Both the position numbers and the translations under genes were made by a program. Shown piece after piece: positions 24,080 to 37,184 of a stretch of 64,000 nt of DNA. This stretch comes from Podospora anserina (lineage: Eukaryota), in contig CM030334.1 of assembly GCA_017654855.1 (NCBI GenBank), positions 372,001 to 436,000 on the forward strand, read 5' to 3'. The notes beneath the pieces were generated by a model, which saw only the letters and a program-made list of their open reading frames with translations, was not told the origin of the DNA and ran no database searches. Position 1 is the first letter of the stretch. Every line of letters begins with the position of its first letter.

Positions 24080-24753
24080 GTAGGTGGTTTTGAAGTTGGG
24101 CGGTTCGATGTTAATGTATGTATCGTAATAATGTATTTAAGAGCATGACGTAAATAAACTTGAATAGGGACATTGTTGAGGAGTTACTAAGCTCCCGAAG
24201 AGCTGCTCTGGTTGGGAATTGCTCAGGTGAAAGAAGTTGTGTACCTAGTCTCTTGTGTCAATACAACTCTCAACACGAGCTTTTGAGCTCGAGCATGGCA
24301 AGGGTGCCCACGAATTCTTGGGAAAGCATATTTATCCACTCTTCCATATCCAGCAAGACTTCCTTTTCGGGACCGGGGAAAAAGATCATTGGCTGACGGT
24401 GATATTGGTGCTGACGTAGGTAGACAGATGCGATTACTCACCACCACTTCAAGATTCGCCGCTGAGCCGGAATTCGAGATATCATCAGCCCACTCAACCT
24501 ACATGTAAGCACCACTATGCAACCTCGTGTCTTCCAGAATTCTCGTACTGATGCTTAGCGTGCTCTCGTGATGGCCGTGCCTTAGCGGTCCTGCGAAACA
24601 CCGCCTCGTAGCAACGTTACTACTTCATGAACTTCCGAAATCGATCATCGTGATACTGAGACTATTGAAAATATCAGGAATGTTGAGAAACGTATGAGGA
24701 TGGTGGCGGACCGCTATAAGAAGTTGAAGGCATAGCGTGAAGGCATCGCCAGG

Positions 24754-24760
24754 TATAAAA
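24754..24760 (+). promoter_or_regulatory. TATA box of the small secreted protein gene
   Basis: TATAAAA about 135 nt upstream of ATG 24892, preceded by a near-duplicated TGAAGGCAT. Confidence 0.5.
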
Positions 24761-24891
24761 AGGATGCTTCCAGCTGTGTCAAGAGTTCCCTTCTCTCAAT
24801 CAGCACGCAACAAGTCAACATTGGATTCAATACCTACTCAACTGACATTCAATATCCCCAAGCTTCATAGCTGAACACTAAAATATCCAAG

Positions 24892-25403
24892 ATGAAGTCC
24901 TTCGCCGCCATCATTCTCACCGCCCTGCTCGGCTCTGCCGTCGCTGCTCCCCTTGAGCCCCGTGTCGATGCTCAGGAGTTTGACGTCTCCGAGTTTACCG
25001 CCGGCTGCATCCCCCACGGAACTCTCTGCACGTATGCTTTCCCCTCCCACCTCCTTCACGCTCTCTTCTAACCTCTCTCCACAGCATTCGATTCAAGGTA
25101 GCCACCAACCAGATGCCCTACGCCACCGAGTGCGGCTTCTCTGGCACGCCGCTCGGCTCCAGCTCTCTTCCCGACACCGGATTCGCCACATGTACCGACC
25201 CGAGCATCATCTGGTCGTTCCGTCGCGTCCAGACTGCTAATGCAACCGGGTCTGCTCCCTTTTACGAGCTTGCTCTGTCCAACGCGGGTCAGAATATTGC
25301 TGCGGCCAAGTTCTGGCCTGCATCGGCTTTTCCCATCTTGCAGTCGGGCGCATCGTTTTATCAGCAGTATAATGGCGAGCAGAGGTTTGTCATTCATCAA
25401 TGA
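24892..25403 (+). CDS. Small secreted protein, probably Alt a 1/Hrip1-like elicitor family
   Basis: Signal peptide MKSFAAIILTALLGSAVA. F-x-V-x-x-F-x-A-x-CIPH-x-x-x-C motif; 4 Cys. Intron 25032-25084. Confidence 0.7.
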
Positions 25404-26218
25404 GGGATTGCTGTTGGGGGTCATGGTAACCCGCTGGTATAGATGATCGTGTGGCTAGGAGGAAGATGATGGAAGCACGTTACCGCATAGACAAGTGGGG
25501 GAAGCAAGGCAGGGGATAGAGGCGAATAAAGTGACGGGATCTCATCTTGTTTGTTTGTGATAGTCCCAGCCTAAGCGCATAAATGCCGCCCATTGAAAGT
25601 CCTATTCTGAACACGGGAAAGGGCACCTTACCGACTTTACGTATGCATGGTCCTCTGCCCAGCAGCGAAGAGTCCACTCTTTGATTCACACTGTGAAGGA
25701 TGCATTGCATCGCCTCACTTTTTCTTTAGTAAGCCTCATTGAAAGGTAGGTAGGTTTCTCAGTCATCGATCATTGCATCTGCCATCTCTTGAACACTAAT
25801 ACTTCACTTAATTGCATGTAATTTTTGTTGGAAACCAGATAGATAGTAGGAGGGGCCTAGAGGTACCTACCTCCTAGATACCTATCTGCACACCGGAACA
25901 AGGGGAAGCCCATTCCCAGCCTCAATCCATCATCGTGGCTCATCGCGGCTGCAAAAACAGCCCGAAATGTGGCCCAACACAGGAAGGCCAACTGCAGTCG
26001 GGCGGGATGTGAACGAACCAATCACCTACGACAATCACATGAAGCGTTTGTCCAATATGTTCCGCTGTCTTTCCGGGTCGGCTGGGCACCTTGCTGGTAC
26101 AGTCTCTATATGGCCAAAAAAAACCTCTTGGTATGCATCGAGGCCTACAATTGCGCACTATGCAACTCATAGCAGATTGCTAATCCATCACCTTCAGTCT
26201 TACAAATACCCATTTTCA

Positions 26219-26240
26219 TCTCTCTCTCTCTCTCTCTCTC
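26219..26240. repeat. (CT)n microsatellite upstream of the dynamin-like gene
   Basis: tctctctctctctctctctctc. Confidence 0.85.
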
Positions 26241-26412
26241 TTTTTCTCCTCTTCTCTACTCTTCTCTCCTCTTCACTCTTTTCCCTCTCCAACACTCGTT
26301 GCCAACCTACCGAAGGTAGTCAGCTTTTCCTTTCCAGTGTCATCTTTCTCGGCCTATTTGCGTGGCCTGCCTCTGTCTCTTGGGCTTTACAGGCCTCTCT
26401 CATCATTGCGCA

Positions 26413-28979
26413 ATGGTGGCTTTCGAGAGTGAGGTCCTGAGCAAGCTATGCTCCCAGGATCAGCTCGAACTCCTTGACGCCATCGATCAGCTTCGCTTAA
26501 ACGGGATCAACAACTATGTTTCCCTTCCTCAAATCATCGTGTGTGGAGATCAATCTTCAGGCAAAAGCTCCGTGCTACAGGCCATCTCGGGGGTGTCGTT
26601 CCCAGTCAATGGAAACCTCTGCACTCGCTTTCCTACCGAGTTAGTTTTGCGCCGGACACCCCACGTAAGCGCCAAAGTATCTATCGTCCCAAGCGACTCT
26701 CGGACCGAATCTGAACAGGCTTCGCTGCGTGGATTCCAGGAACACCTAGACGACTTTGCGGGTCTCCCCAAGCTGATCGACGAGGCTAAGCTTGCGATGG
26801 GCATTTCAACACATGGTGAAGCCTTCGCCAAAGACATCCTCAGGGTTGAAATCACAGGTCCTGACCGTCCGCACCTCACCATCGTTGATCTGCCTGGTCT
26901 CATTCACTCTCCGACAAAGCAGCAGTCGGCCTCCGATGTTGAGCTTATCCAAGAAGTTGTGCAGGGCTATATGAACGAGCCCAGGTGCATCATCTTGGCT
27001 GTCGTCTCTGCCAAGAATGACTTTGCCAACCAGGTGGTCCTCAAGCTGGCGCGTGCCGTGGACAGCATTGGTAGTCGGACATTGGGGGTCATCACAAAGC
27101 CCGATGACTTGACCCCAGGATCTGACCGTGAAGCTCTTTATCTATCTCTCGCAAGAAACCAGCAATTCGAGTTCCGCCTTGGCTGGCATGTACTGAGGAA
27201 TATGGATTCTGAGAAAGGCACTTCAACTCTGGGTGAGCGTGATGCCAACGAAGCAGAGTTCTTCCGCAAAGGTTCCTGGACCGGGTTGCTCTTTTCTCAT
27301 CTCGGCATTTCCAACTTGAGGACTCGTCTAAGCAAGGTTCTTCTGGGACAGATTGCAGCTGAACTCCCAAGCTTGCTGAGCGAGATTGACGAAAAGTTCA
27401 AAGCCTGTCAACTTCAGCTCGAAACGCTCGGCCAACCCAGAGATTCGCCTGACGAACAAAGACGGTACCTCCTTCACCTAAGCCAGGCGTTCCAGGCTTT
27501 AGTTACGGCTTCAACGAGCGGCAGTTACAACGGCGAGTTCTTCGAGGACGCAATGACAGCGGTTGGATATAAACAGCGCATCCGAGCTGTCATCCAGAAC
27601 CTCAATGAAGCGTTCGCCAAGGAGTTGGCAAAGGCGGAGCATTTTCGGGTCATTGGGGATTTTGAGTCAACATCAAACCTCGGGGCTTCGCTTAAACCAC
27701 GGCAGGTGACGAGGGATGAATTTTTGAACCACATTGAGGAGGTGATTCGGAGGACCCGTGGACGGGAGCTGCCGGGCACGTTCAACCCACTGGTTGTTGT
27801 GACGCTTTTTCATGAGCAATCTCAGCACTGGGAACAGGTTGCTCGCCAGCATGTCGAGAAGATGTGGCGAGCTGCTGGTCGCTTTCTAGAGTTGGTCATC
27901 GATCACATTGCAGACCGCTCAACCTCTCGTGGGTTGAAGAACGAGATCTCTGGGCCTGCCATGCAAAGAATCAGGAGGGAGGTAGCCGACAAGACCGCCG
28001 AGCTGGTTGCACCGCATCAAAAGGGTCATCCCATCACATACAACCATTATTTCACCGAAACGCTCCAGAAGGTCCGGCGCGAGAGGGACTCCAAGAGGAC
28101 AGCGAGAATTCTCCGTAACTTCTTCCAGATTTCTGACACAAATGATTTAACCAGCGTGCTGATTGCGCATCCTGACTCCGGCGATGTTGCTGTGTGGGAT
28201 ATCCAGAGCTTGGTTACGTCCCTTGCCGACACCAACGAGCCAGATATGTGCCGCTTTGCAGCCAACGAAGCTTTGGATTGCCTGAACGCCTACTATAAGG
28301 TGAGAACTTGCACTCTCCCTCTCTCCACTATATTTGCCTCAAGTACAATTTTTAACGGTCGACGTCATCACTTTTTTAGGTTGCCTTGAAACGTTTCGTT
28401 GATGATGTTGCTGTTGAGGTCATTGAGACAAAGCTCATCTCTGTTTTGCACAACATTCTCTCCCCACTCGGCGTGTATGAGATGTCAGCCACGCTGATTT
28501 CTCGCATCGCGGGAGAGTCCGAAGAGAATCGCGCCGAACGTGAACAGCTTACCAAACAGCTTAATGTCTTGCGAAACGGTCTTGAGACTTGTAAGAGGTT
28601 CGCGGGGTTTCGGGCCAGTGGTGGTAAGCTTGATGTCTCATGTTTGTATTCGAGTTCACCGTGTGCTTTGTTTCTGACTCGCTTCTCAGACTCAGTATTT
28701 GTGTCTATCAAGGCAGCTGGCAATTCCCCTATGACTGGCGACTACGATAGCGACATGGAATCTCTGGTGAAGATAGAAGAAACCGATGCACAGCGAGAAC
28801 GGGAAACATCTTCTATTAGGTCACCTCCCATCTCGCTAGAAGAGCCAGAACCGGGACCGGAAGTAGAGCTTGAGCCGGAGCCTGAGCCGGAGCCGGAGCC
28901 GGAGCCAGAAGAGTACAACTGGTCTCCGCGAGTTCAGAACAAGAAAAGGGCTAGGAGGCCAGGGAGGATACAGTATTAG
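26413..28979 (+). CDS. Dynamin-superfamily GTPase, fungal Mx-like type with GED
   Basis: G1 GDQSSGKS, G2 CTRF, G3 DLPG, G4 TKPD; RGRELPG; C-terminal GED. Intron 28300-28379; probable in-frame 66-nt intron 28624-28689. (EP)n tail. Confidence 0.93.
28843..28910 (+). repeat. GAGCC(G/T) hexamer repeat encoding (EP)n
   Basis: gagccggagcctgagccggagccggagccggagcca within the dynamin C-terminus. Confidence 0.8.
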
Positions 28980-29704
28980 AGTCACAGTGCTGGGCGTCGA
29001 ATATCACGCAGGTGGAGGACAAACTGGAGCTACTAGTGATGCGGAATGGGGACTCGGGAAGTGCTCTCAAAACTATGGGAGTTTTAGCACTTTTTCTAAT
29101 GGGATCCTATGCATCTGCCATGGCTCATCCAATCCAAGCCGATAGAGTTTCTAGGTCGAGACATGGAATCCGCGCTGCTAAATGTTAAAGTGCTTACTCG
29201 TGGCGAAAACTACCTACCCACACTCTTCAAGGCTGTTCTGAAAAGCCATATTACCCAGGGTAAATGGAAGCCGTTATACAGTTCCCAGAGGTAAATGATG
29301 CTGTTCATACGTAGGAAGCGTGGACCTGTTTACTCCATACATATCATCAATGATGCTTCAAGCCCCAGTGAATCCTACCCTGAAACGCCGGGCACGATTG
29401 GCTGGATCATGTATGCTGTCTTGGCCTGGATACCTTCCTCTTCAAGACTTGGTTTCGACTGGTTCTGTCACATGTACCGGGTACCAGGTCATTTTCTTGA
29501 TATGACACTCTCACGATTTCCATGTTGACTTTCCAGAAGCAACGCGTATCAAGCTGAGAAATGCGCGCTAACAGAGTTGGCCAGCTAGGCAGCAAGCAGC
29601 CCCCACCCAACAACCAACCATTGCTAACCATGATCTGTCAAGCCTCACAAAACAACACTTCACTTGCCCGAACAAGGCTCTTCCAGCTTGTCGAGTAGCT
29701 CATC

Positions 29705-30613
29705 ATGAGTCTCATTGCTGCCCGCACTCGGGCTCAAAGAAAGCAGCTCGCCGGCAGCACAAGCGGCACAGAAATCCATCTCGCTGATGAGACAGAAACA
29801 CCAGCCCCACCACTGCCATCCCAACCCGCAGCAAAGCCCAACATCACAGCCCTCCCCACCAAACCACCAATCAGCCTGACGCGTCTACCACGCGACGACC
29901 ACAACCTCCTCCTCAAAAAGCAACACTTCCTCCAAAAATACGCGATCACCGTCTCCAGAACCCTCAAGCGGAATGCGCCCCACGCCGTCTCAGCAACACT
30001 CGTCTTTGCCCAGCAAGAGGCCGGCACAGCCGTGTGTATTCACCCCTCGGGCCTCCTACTAACATGTGCACACTGCGTAGCGGGGGACGAGACTGAGTTG
30101 GATCTGGCAAAGGTCCACTGGCTTCTCTTCGCGTCTGGCAGGGCTGTGTCTGCCAAGTGTCTGGCGTGGGATTCGCAGAGGGACCTTGCGCTGTTGCAGG
30201 TCACCGCGGCTTCAGCAGCAGCGCCTGGGGATCTCCCAGAAGGCGTTTCTTTCCCATCAGTGACACTAGCAGATGGGGCACCCCAGCTCGGGGCAGGCTT
30301 GGTCTGTATTGGCCACCCTGGCAGTGAAGACCTCGAAGGCAGTGAGGCGGGAGTATCGACGGGGTATGATGTGCTGCATCTTAGCAGCGGGTCATTCTGC
30401 GGGTATGCCGAGGGACAGGATGTGCAGGACAACTCTGAGATTGGGGCGTTGCAACATGATTGTTGGACGTATTGGGGCCACAGCGGCGCCCCGTTGTTGG
30501 ACGCCAGGACGGGGAAGCTTGTTGGGATGCACTCTTCTTGGGATGATGAGACTGGTATGAGGAGGGGGGTTGCGCTGGAGGCGATTAAGATGTTTTTGAA
30601 GGCACGTGTTTGA
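29705..30613 (+). CDS. Intracellular trypsin-like (PA clan, Trypsin_2-type) serine protease
   Basis: Triad motifs LLTCAHC (His), RDLALL (Asp), GHSGAP (Ser). No signal peptide; intronless. Confidence 0.85.
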   Translation: MSLIAARTRAQRKQLAGSTSGTEIHLADETETPAPPLPSQPAAKPNITALPTKPPISLTRLPRDDHNLLLKKQHFLQKYAITVSRTLKRNAPHAVSATLVFAQQEAGTAVCIHPSGLLLTCAHCVAGDETELDLAKVHWLLFASGRAVSAKCLAWDSQRDLALLQVTAASAAAPGDLPEGVSFPSVTLADGAPQLGAGLVCIGHPGSEDLEGSEAGVSTGYDVLHLSSGSFCGYAEGQDVQDNSEIGALQHDCWTYWGHSGAPLLDARTGKLVGMHSSWDDETGMRRGVALEAIKMFLKARV

Positions 30614-30660
30614 AGACGGTTGTCCGTGATAGATCATGTCGTTTATATCATCCACAGTTT

Positions 30661-32727
30661 CTACGAGCTTTCCCCCCCCTCGTCAAGGTTCATGTTGTGG
30701 TCCCAAAGAAAGTTGTCCGGGAATACCACATCCAAGCTATCAAGATGCGAAATTTCCAGGGATGCTGCTTGCAGGAGGTCAAATTCAGTGTTAAGCAAGT
30801 CGAGGCTGTCCTCAAATGGCGCTGTCGTTGTTCTTTCATGCCTCGATGTCCCTTCCGAGAAACGACTAGTCTGGTCTGCAGTTGAATCGTCGATGCTGAA
30901 CAGATCACCATCGCGATCGTAGTGAAGAAGAGATGTTGGCTCCTCTATGTAGACAGGTGCGTTGTTGGCCTGAATCAGCGGCGTACTGTCAGATGGGACC
31001 ATAATGTTGTCTGATGTGTTTGGAACCAGGCCTGCATAGTCCGGTACGTTTGACCATAGAACACTTGACTCAATCGTGGCGGTGGTAAAAGGATCGAGTG
31101 AGTGATAACTCTGAACGGCTTCTATGTGGTTAGGAGTGGTGAAAGAAGCCTCAGGCGCAGTCTGTTGATCCTGCTGCGTGGTTGTGTCGGCCGTCAGGTC
31201 CATCAAGGCCGGAGTGCTGTATTCCTGTGTATCCGTACTGCTTGGTGGTGCCCATGCAAGGTCAGGCTCAGAGCCAGTTTGAAGAAGCTGTGGGTTCTCC
31301 TGTAAGGGCGAAGGCGCAGCCGTGCGCTGGGCGTGTCCTCCTGGAGAAGCCCAACGGTCATAGATTCTGGCGATGAATGTTTGAAGAAGTTGTCTTTCTT
31401 GCATCAACCCCGGATGAAATCCGAGACTCTCTCCTGTCTCTCGAATAATGTCTGAACCTCGCTGGTTGAAAAATTCCAGAAACGAACTGAGGTCCTCTGA
31501 TATCGTGCTGTCCACGTAGGGCGAACTGGGCTTCGGTGTTTCTGGAAAAAAAATGTCCCAGATTGTATACCACTGGCTCTCAAGGGAGAGCTTTGGGTTT
31601 GCTCTACTTTCCTTGAGCGCCTTCTGCTGTAGCTCAGATAGCCACTTGGCCTGAAAGACAACCTTGTCGCATGGTTGATCCCGTTTATAGTGTAGGTCCA
31701 ATTCCCCGGCATTTTCAAACTCCGCGCCACACCGAACACAGTAGCTTCTGCAATGGCTTCTCCTCAAATGTTGTTTGACGTCCCGAATTCTCTTTAGTTT
31801 GTACCGAAAACATTCTCCAGTGACTGGAATCCTCTTTCCAGAAAGGACACGCCAGCAAACGGCTCGGCGAATCTGCATCTGATGGTGTCGGCTTGGGGCG
31901 AGGACCACATCTACGCCGCTCTTCGGGGTTTTCATCGCCGGAATCATCGTCGAGCTCTGAGTGTAGCCGTTTTCTTGATGACCCTGTTGCGCCACTTCGT
32001 TGCTTCTGGCTTTCATCTCGTTTGTCCGGCTCCGCACCTGCATTAGACCCTGACTCACTTGCAGAGTTTTGGTATTCTCTTTTCCACCCTTCATAACCCC
32101 GCTCAAGAGCGGCCAAAAATACACTATTGGTGTTTGTCTCCAACAGCTGAGTCCACATCTGAGGGGGTGGAAGGATATCCCCGGGATCGTAGGTCTCAAG
32201 GGGATCCGAATCATCTTCCCACTCCGAGTTTCCTATGTCCTCGTGGTCGGTCAACGGAGTCGTTGTCGAGCTGCCTCTAGATTTTGGCGAAGGGAACCCA
32301 CTCCACGAAGGATAAGATGGAGTGCGTGGGCTAAACGTCTTATACGTGGCTGATGGGGAGACATTTTCAGAAGCTGAGGTTGATTCAGGTGACTCGCTCA
32401 TATACTGGGCTAGAGCTGGTGTACCGTGTGATTTTGATGGGATTTGCGAGTTGAATTTCGAGTCATAGGGTTCGGGCTCCCTACAACCTTTTATCCAGCA
32501 TTTTTCAACTGGACAGTGCACACAGAGCACGTGCTGACACGATACTTCCATGCAAACCAATGCTACAGTCGGTACCATCATACCAAAGCCACAGCGGCAC
32601 TACTGCGTGTCAGCGGTGTTCCTGTTAACCGCAAACAATTGAGACGTCTCGATTGTCACCAAGCCTAGCTCGGATATTGCCAACTACTCACACAAGCCCA
32701 AAACTCCTCCATGTCCTCGGTAGGCAT
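30661..32727 (-). pseudogene. C2H2-type zinc-finger protein with N-terminal Cys-rich motif; one frameshift near 31820
   Basis: ATG 32727. Intron 32691-32600 gives WACCRCGFGM...C..C-H..C..C. LACPFWK lies in one frame; CFRYKLKRIRDVKQHLRRSH, CVRC..F..L..H and QWYTIWDIFFP lie in the next. Confidence 0.7.
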
Positions 32728-33644
32728 CTTGTCGGTGAGGTACCTATGTCGCCTTACAACTTTCTCAAGTCAGCATGAGATGTTGTCTAAATCGTCGTTC
32801 CCTTGTTTTGGCTGATTATAGATATCGGAAATTCTGATTTCAAATCTCAAGCCTGGTGGTATACCGTATGGCCATGAAAGTTGCTGTTGTCGTCACTAAC
32901 GATTTATCACAGTTCAGAGTCCTAATTTTTGTTGGCTTTTGCCATCGCTCAACTTCAGCTGGCGCGACCTGCATGAGTAGTAACAGGTCAAGAGCACAGT
33001 TGTGCTCTCCGTTAGCAGATCGGATGAACCAATCATTTTTGGTATTTGATACAGCTCTTATGGGAGGTGCATTTCCACGTTCCTAACTGGATACACGAAA
33101 AGTCTACCCCCGAAATGGAGGAAAACAAAGTCTTGGGTCTATGAACAGTGGAACGATAGTATCACTTGCAGGTCTGGCTCATTGAGGGAGGGAGGTCGAT
33201 TCAGGGGTATACTCAGGGGCTAGACCCACTGTGTATTATCTCCTCGTCCTGGCCTCAATGGGTGAAAGGACCCAAGACCGAGTGGTTGGTCATGCGCTGA
33301 CATGTAGCAAGGGTGAAATCCAATATTTCTTTAGATAAACCAAACTATCCTCAATTTGTCCGTGTTGGGAAACCGTCCATGATGATGGCGGAATTCCGCA
33401 ACCCTAACCCGAATGCAAAGACTTTGTTTGGAAAGGTGGGGTACACGCGTCATTCAGTGGTGGATTTGTCAGTGACCCAATAGGACCGCCTCGCATCCCT
33501 TGACATCGACCTATATAACATGATCCATCCTGATCAAGAACACATAGCCCACACTGTCACACCACCTGTACTCACGTATATCAGCATCTGATTTCCAGAT
33601 TTCTTCTTCTCGAGCCTGTTCCCCCTAACAGCTTAATCGCAACC

Positions 33645-34726
33645 ATGGCATCCACTATCCCCACGACAATGAAAGCGCACATCTACACCAACACCTCACC
33701 AACATTAGAGGCCAACCTCTCCATCTCAACATCAGTCCCAACTCCGACTGTATCTGGACCCAATGAACTGCTGATTCAGGTCTTGTCAGCATCCATCAAC
33801 CCAGCCGACCACAAAGTCCCAGAGCTGCCCGGCCCTGTCCGACGGCTAGTCATCAAGACGCCTGCCACCCCTGGCATGGACTTTTGTGGCCGTGTGGTTC
33901 AAGCTGGGACAAAGGTTGACTCAATTGCACTGGGAGATATTGTATACGGTCGCTTGGGACCTAAACAGCATGGATCTCTCGGAGAGTACATCATCGCGCC
34001 AGCCAACGCTGTTGCCGTCCTTCCCAAGGAGGGTGTGACAGTCGACGAGGCGGCTGCCATTGGAGTGGCAGGACTGACTGCCTACCGTATGTCCCGCTTT
34101 TTCCATTTAATATCACCCATCTCACTAACAACTATCTTGTAGAGGCAATCCAGCCCAATGTCAAAAAAGGCGACAAGATTTTCATCAACGGTAGCTCGGG
34201 TGGTGTCGGCTGCTTTGCCGTGCAAATCGCCAAGGTTTTGGGCTGTCACGTCACCGCCTCATGTTCACCGGCCAAGGCCGAGCTCGTCAAATCGCTGGGT
34301 GCCGACGAGATCATCGACTACACCACCACAGACGTCTGCGAGTACTTGCGTGCCAAAGGAAAGGTATTCGCGCAGGTTCTGGACAACGTGGGCACGCCCG
34401 ACAACCTGTACAAAGCGTCTGATGACTTCCTCATTGCAGGCGGGAAGTTTGTACAGGTTGGGAGCCCGTTGTCGCTCGGCGCGCTTCGATCCGCGGCCTC
34501 CAGGGCGCTGCTGCCGTCTTTCTTGGGAGGGGGCAAGAGCAAGTACGAAGTTTACACCATTCGGGATTCTGCGGAGGACCTGAAGGTGCTTGGGCAGTGG
34601 ATCAAGGAGAAGAAGATCAAGGTTGTGATTGAACAGACGTATGAATTTGAGGATGTACCGAAAGCCTTTGCCAAGTTGAGGACGGGAAAGAGCGCGGGGA
34701 AGCTGGTGATCCATGTTGGAAAGTGA
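33645..34726 (+). CDS. Medium-chain reductase / NADPH:quinone oxidoreductase-like (zinc-binding ADH fold, RTN4IP1-like)
   Basis: SINPADHK, PGMDFCGRV, NGSSGGVG nucleotide-binding motif, GKLVI. Intron 34087-34142. TATATAA at 33512. Confidence 0.92.
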
Positions 34727-35623
34727 GCTTATTTATGTCTCTGGCACGATCATCGGGGTGACTCTGGCCGTCGTTTTGCGTTGTTTGTTTCAATTACGGG
34801 GTACATATACGAAGCGATGGTCTTCTTCATCAACGCAAGACGGATTTCCCTCGTTTATTCTATTTTATCATAGTGGACTCTACCTTACTCCAGACACAAG
34901 ATACCTACAGTTCCTCGCTAGTACAGTACAACAGTGTTACAAGAGGCAACCACGACAGATCGACAGAGTGTGACAACGCTTAGTAAACTACCTGCGTCAG
35001 CTGAAGCCTTCAATTTACACTCGGCAAATGGACTTGTCCCAAACACGCAAGCCTAGCCGAAGTAGAGCTTATTCATCCCATAGCCTCACCTGCACCACTG
35101 AAGTTATTTTGCTCTGAAAGCTGTACCTGGAATGACAGTCACCGCTCTTCTTCATGGGAGCGAAGTCAGCAAAGCACACCGAAGGGCGTGGCAAGTGGTA
35201 TTCGCCTACTTGCCTATTTATGCCAAAGTCGCCTCTGGTCAGATATCGTCGTAGCACAACTACACAGGCCTTGTCCTCGGTCTCCGAGGGTGAAGCATAG
35301 GAACGTGCTTCGGTTGGTTAGTTACCCCTATCATGACCCAACTCTACCGAGTCTATTGGTCACCACATGGAAGTATGATTTCACTAGGGTCTCCTTTTCA
35401 TGGAAGCTTTTCCGCGGCCCGGGGATGTGACAAAACTTCTCTGTGGAGAGGGAAGTCGCTTTGAGGGGCCACACAATGAAGAAAGACTAAAGAATGTGAG
35501 GAAGGCAGCCTGGGAAACTGCATAAATACCACCTTCTTTACCCTCCCCCTCCCTATACTGTCTACTCCTCTTCATCCAATACAGTACTTACCAGACATAA
35601 CACGACAATCACCAATCTTCAGA

Positions 35624-36116
35624 ATGCTCGCGCAAAATCTCCTCCTGCTCATCGCAGCCAACCTCGTGGCATCCATTCCCGCCCTCGATAACTCCCCCAA
35701 GCCCATCAACCTCGAGGCAACCGAGCTGCAGCGTCGGTCCGCCTGCGCAGTTGCCGGCGTGGTCAACGGCCAGTGTGGCCGCTACTACCGCGGCACCGGC
35801 TGCAATGACATGATCAATGCCATTGACCCCGGCGTACGCCCCAGTCTTTTCTCGCCCTCCTGTCCATCAAACATTCGGAAGCTGATATCGTTGAAAACAG
35901 AGATGCAGCGGCACCTGCTACTCCTCGGGCGATGCCATCGCCAGCATCAAAGCGTCCGGTGACGGCACCTACGGCACAAACTGCCAGGTCTTTTACGACT
36001 CCAACTGCCAGAACCCCATCGGCCAGACCGGAAACACCATCACTGGGGGAGGAAAGTGCTATACGCCGTCTGACGGTCGCACCGGTCATAGCATGCTTTG
36101 CTGGTACCGCTGCTGA
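35624..36116 (+). CDS. Small secreted cysteine-rich protein (pre-pro, RR processing site, 10 Cys in mature part)
   Basis: Signal peptide; LQRR dibasic site. Intron 35834-35900; second exon RCSGTCY...CQVFYDSNC...MLCWYRC, stop 36114-36116. Confidence 0.85.
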
Positions 36117-36310
36117 ATGGAGTTGGGAGACTGTATACCAGTGGCATTCGCTTTTTTTTCTTTCGGAGGGAGCCACATAGGTATGTGACAGGAGGGAGTG
36201 GAAGTGGTAAGAGGGGTGGTTGGAGATGATACACGAGCAAAACAGGTGACAGAAAAGACCGGAATGCCAAGAGATGGGTCCCACAGTGATTTGGCTTTGA
36301 AGTAGCCCGA

Positions 36311-36344
36311 TACCTACCTACCTACCTACCTACCTACCTAGGTA
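36311..36344. repeat. (TACC)n microsatellite ending in the palindrome TACCTAGGTA
   Basis: tacctacctacctacctacctacctacctaggta. Confidence 0.9.
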
Positions 36345-37184
36345 ACTATGGGGTTGGGGTTATCAAATAAAGAAAATACATTCGTTTTGCGGCAGTTCCT
36401 ACACTTTGGAATCTGTCACGTCCAAGCGGTGATGCATGTGCCTCTTCTCTGCGAGCCACATGGCTCTTTGAAGCCTGCAATTTCTCTCGAAAAAGAATTA
36501 AATCTGACCAATTAGACGAGTGTGTAGGTAGCCATGTTCATAACTCAAATAGAGGTCCAGGGTTCTTGTCTCTATACAATCGGTCCTTATCATTTCCCTC
36601 GAAATTATCGTCCGTCGTTCACGAAAGATGGTGGATATTCGAATTATGTGCAGGGCCCTAATGTGAGTCCGACTCCCCCAGACCAGGACGGTTAAATCCT
36701 GGACTTGCCGAAAGTCAAAAACATGCCCATACTATGAGAATGTGGCAGCACTTGTATTGATGTTCTGAGTGCCAAAGAGACGTCGTCGTCAAATGTGGAT
36801 ACATTTTGTCCCCTCCTAGTGGATGGAGGCAGTTGCGTCACTGTGGGCCTAGCGCAGCACACCCCTGTGCACACTCACCCACTCCAAGGAAACAGCTCGA
36901 TGAGAAAGCATTCAATTGACCCCGTGAAAGCCTGACCAGAGACAAGAAAAGAACAGCTGAGAGGAGATACAGAATCCACATGCCATGTCCTGTCGTAACC
37001 CATGCCCGTGACATTAAAAAAAAAAAAGCCAAATGAAAACCGCCTGGAAAGTTATTCAGTGTGGTATGGACGGGAGCTGAATGTTCGACCCCGCCTTTGA
37101 ACCGTTCTTCCCACTTTTTGATGCCCAATTACCGACATCCGCCTCAATATCGCCTCATCGAACCACCGCCCACCACGTAGTCGC

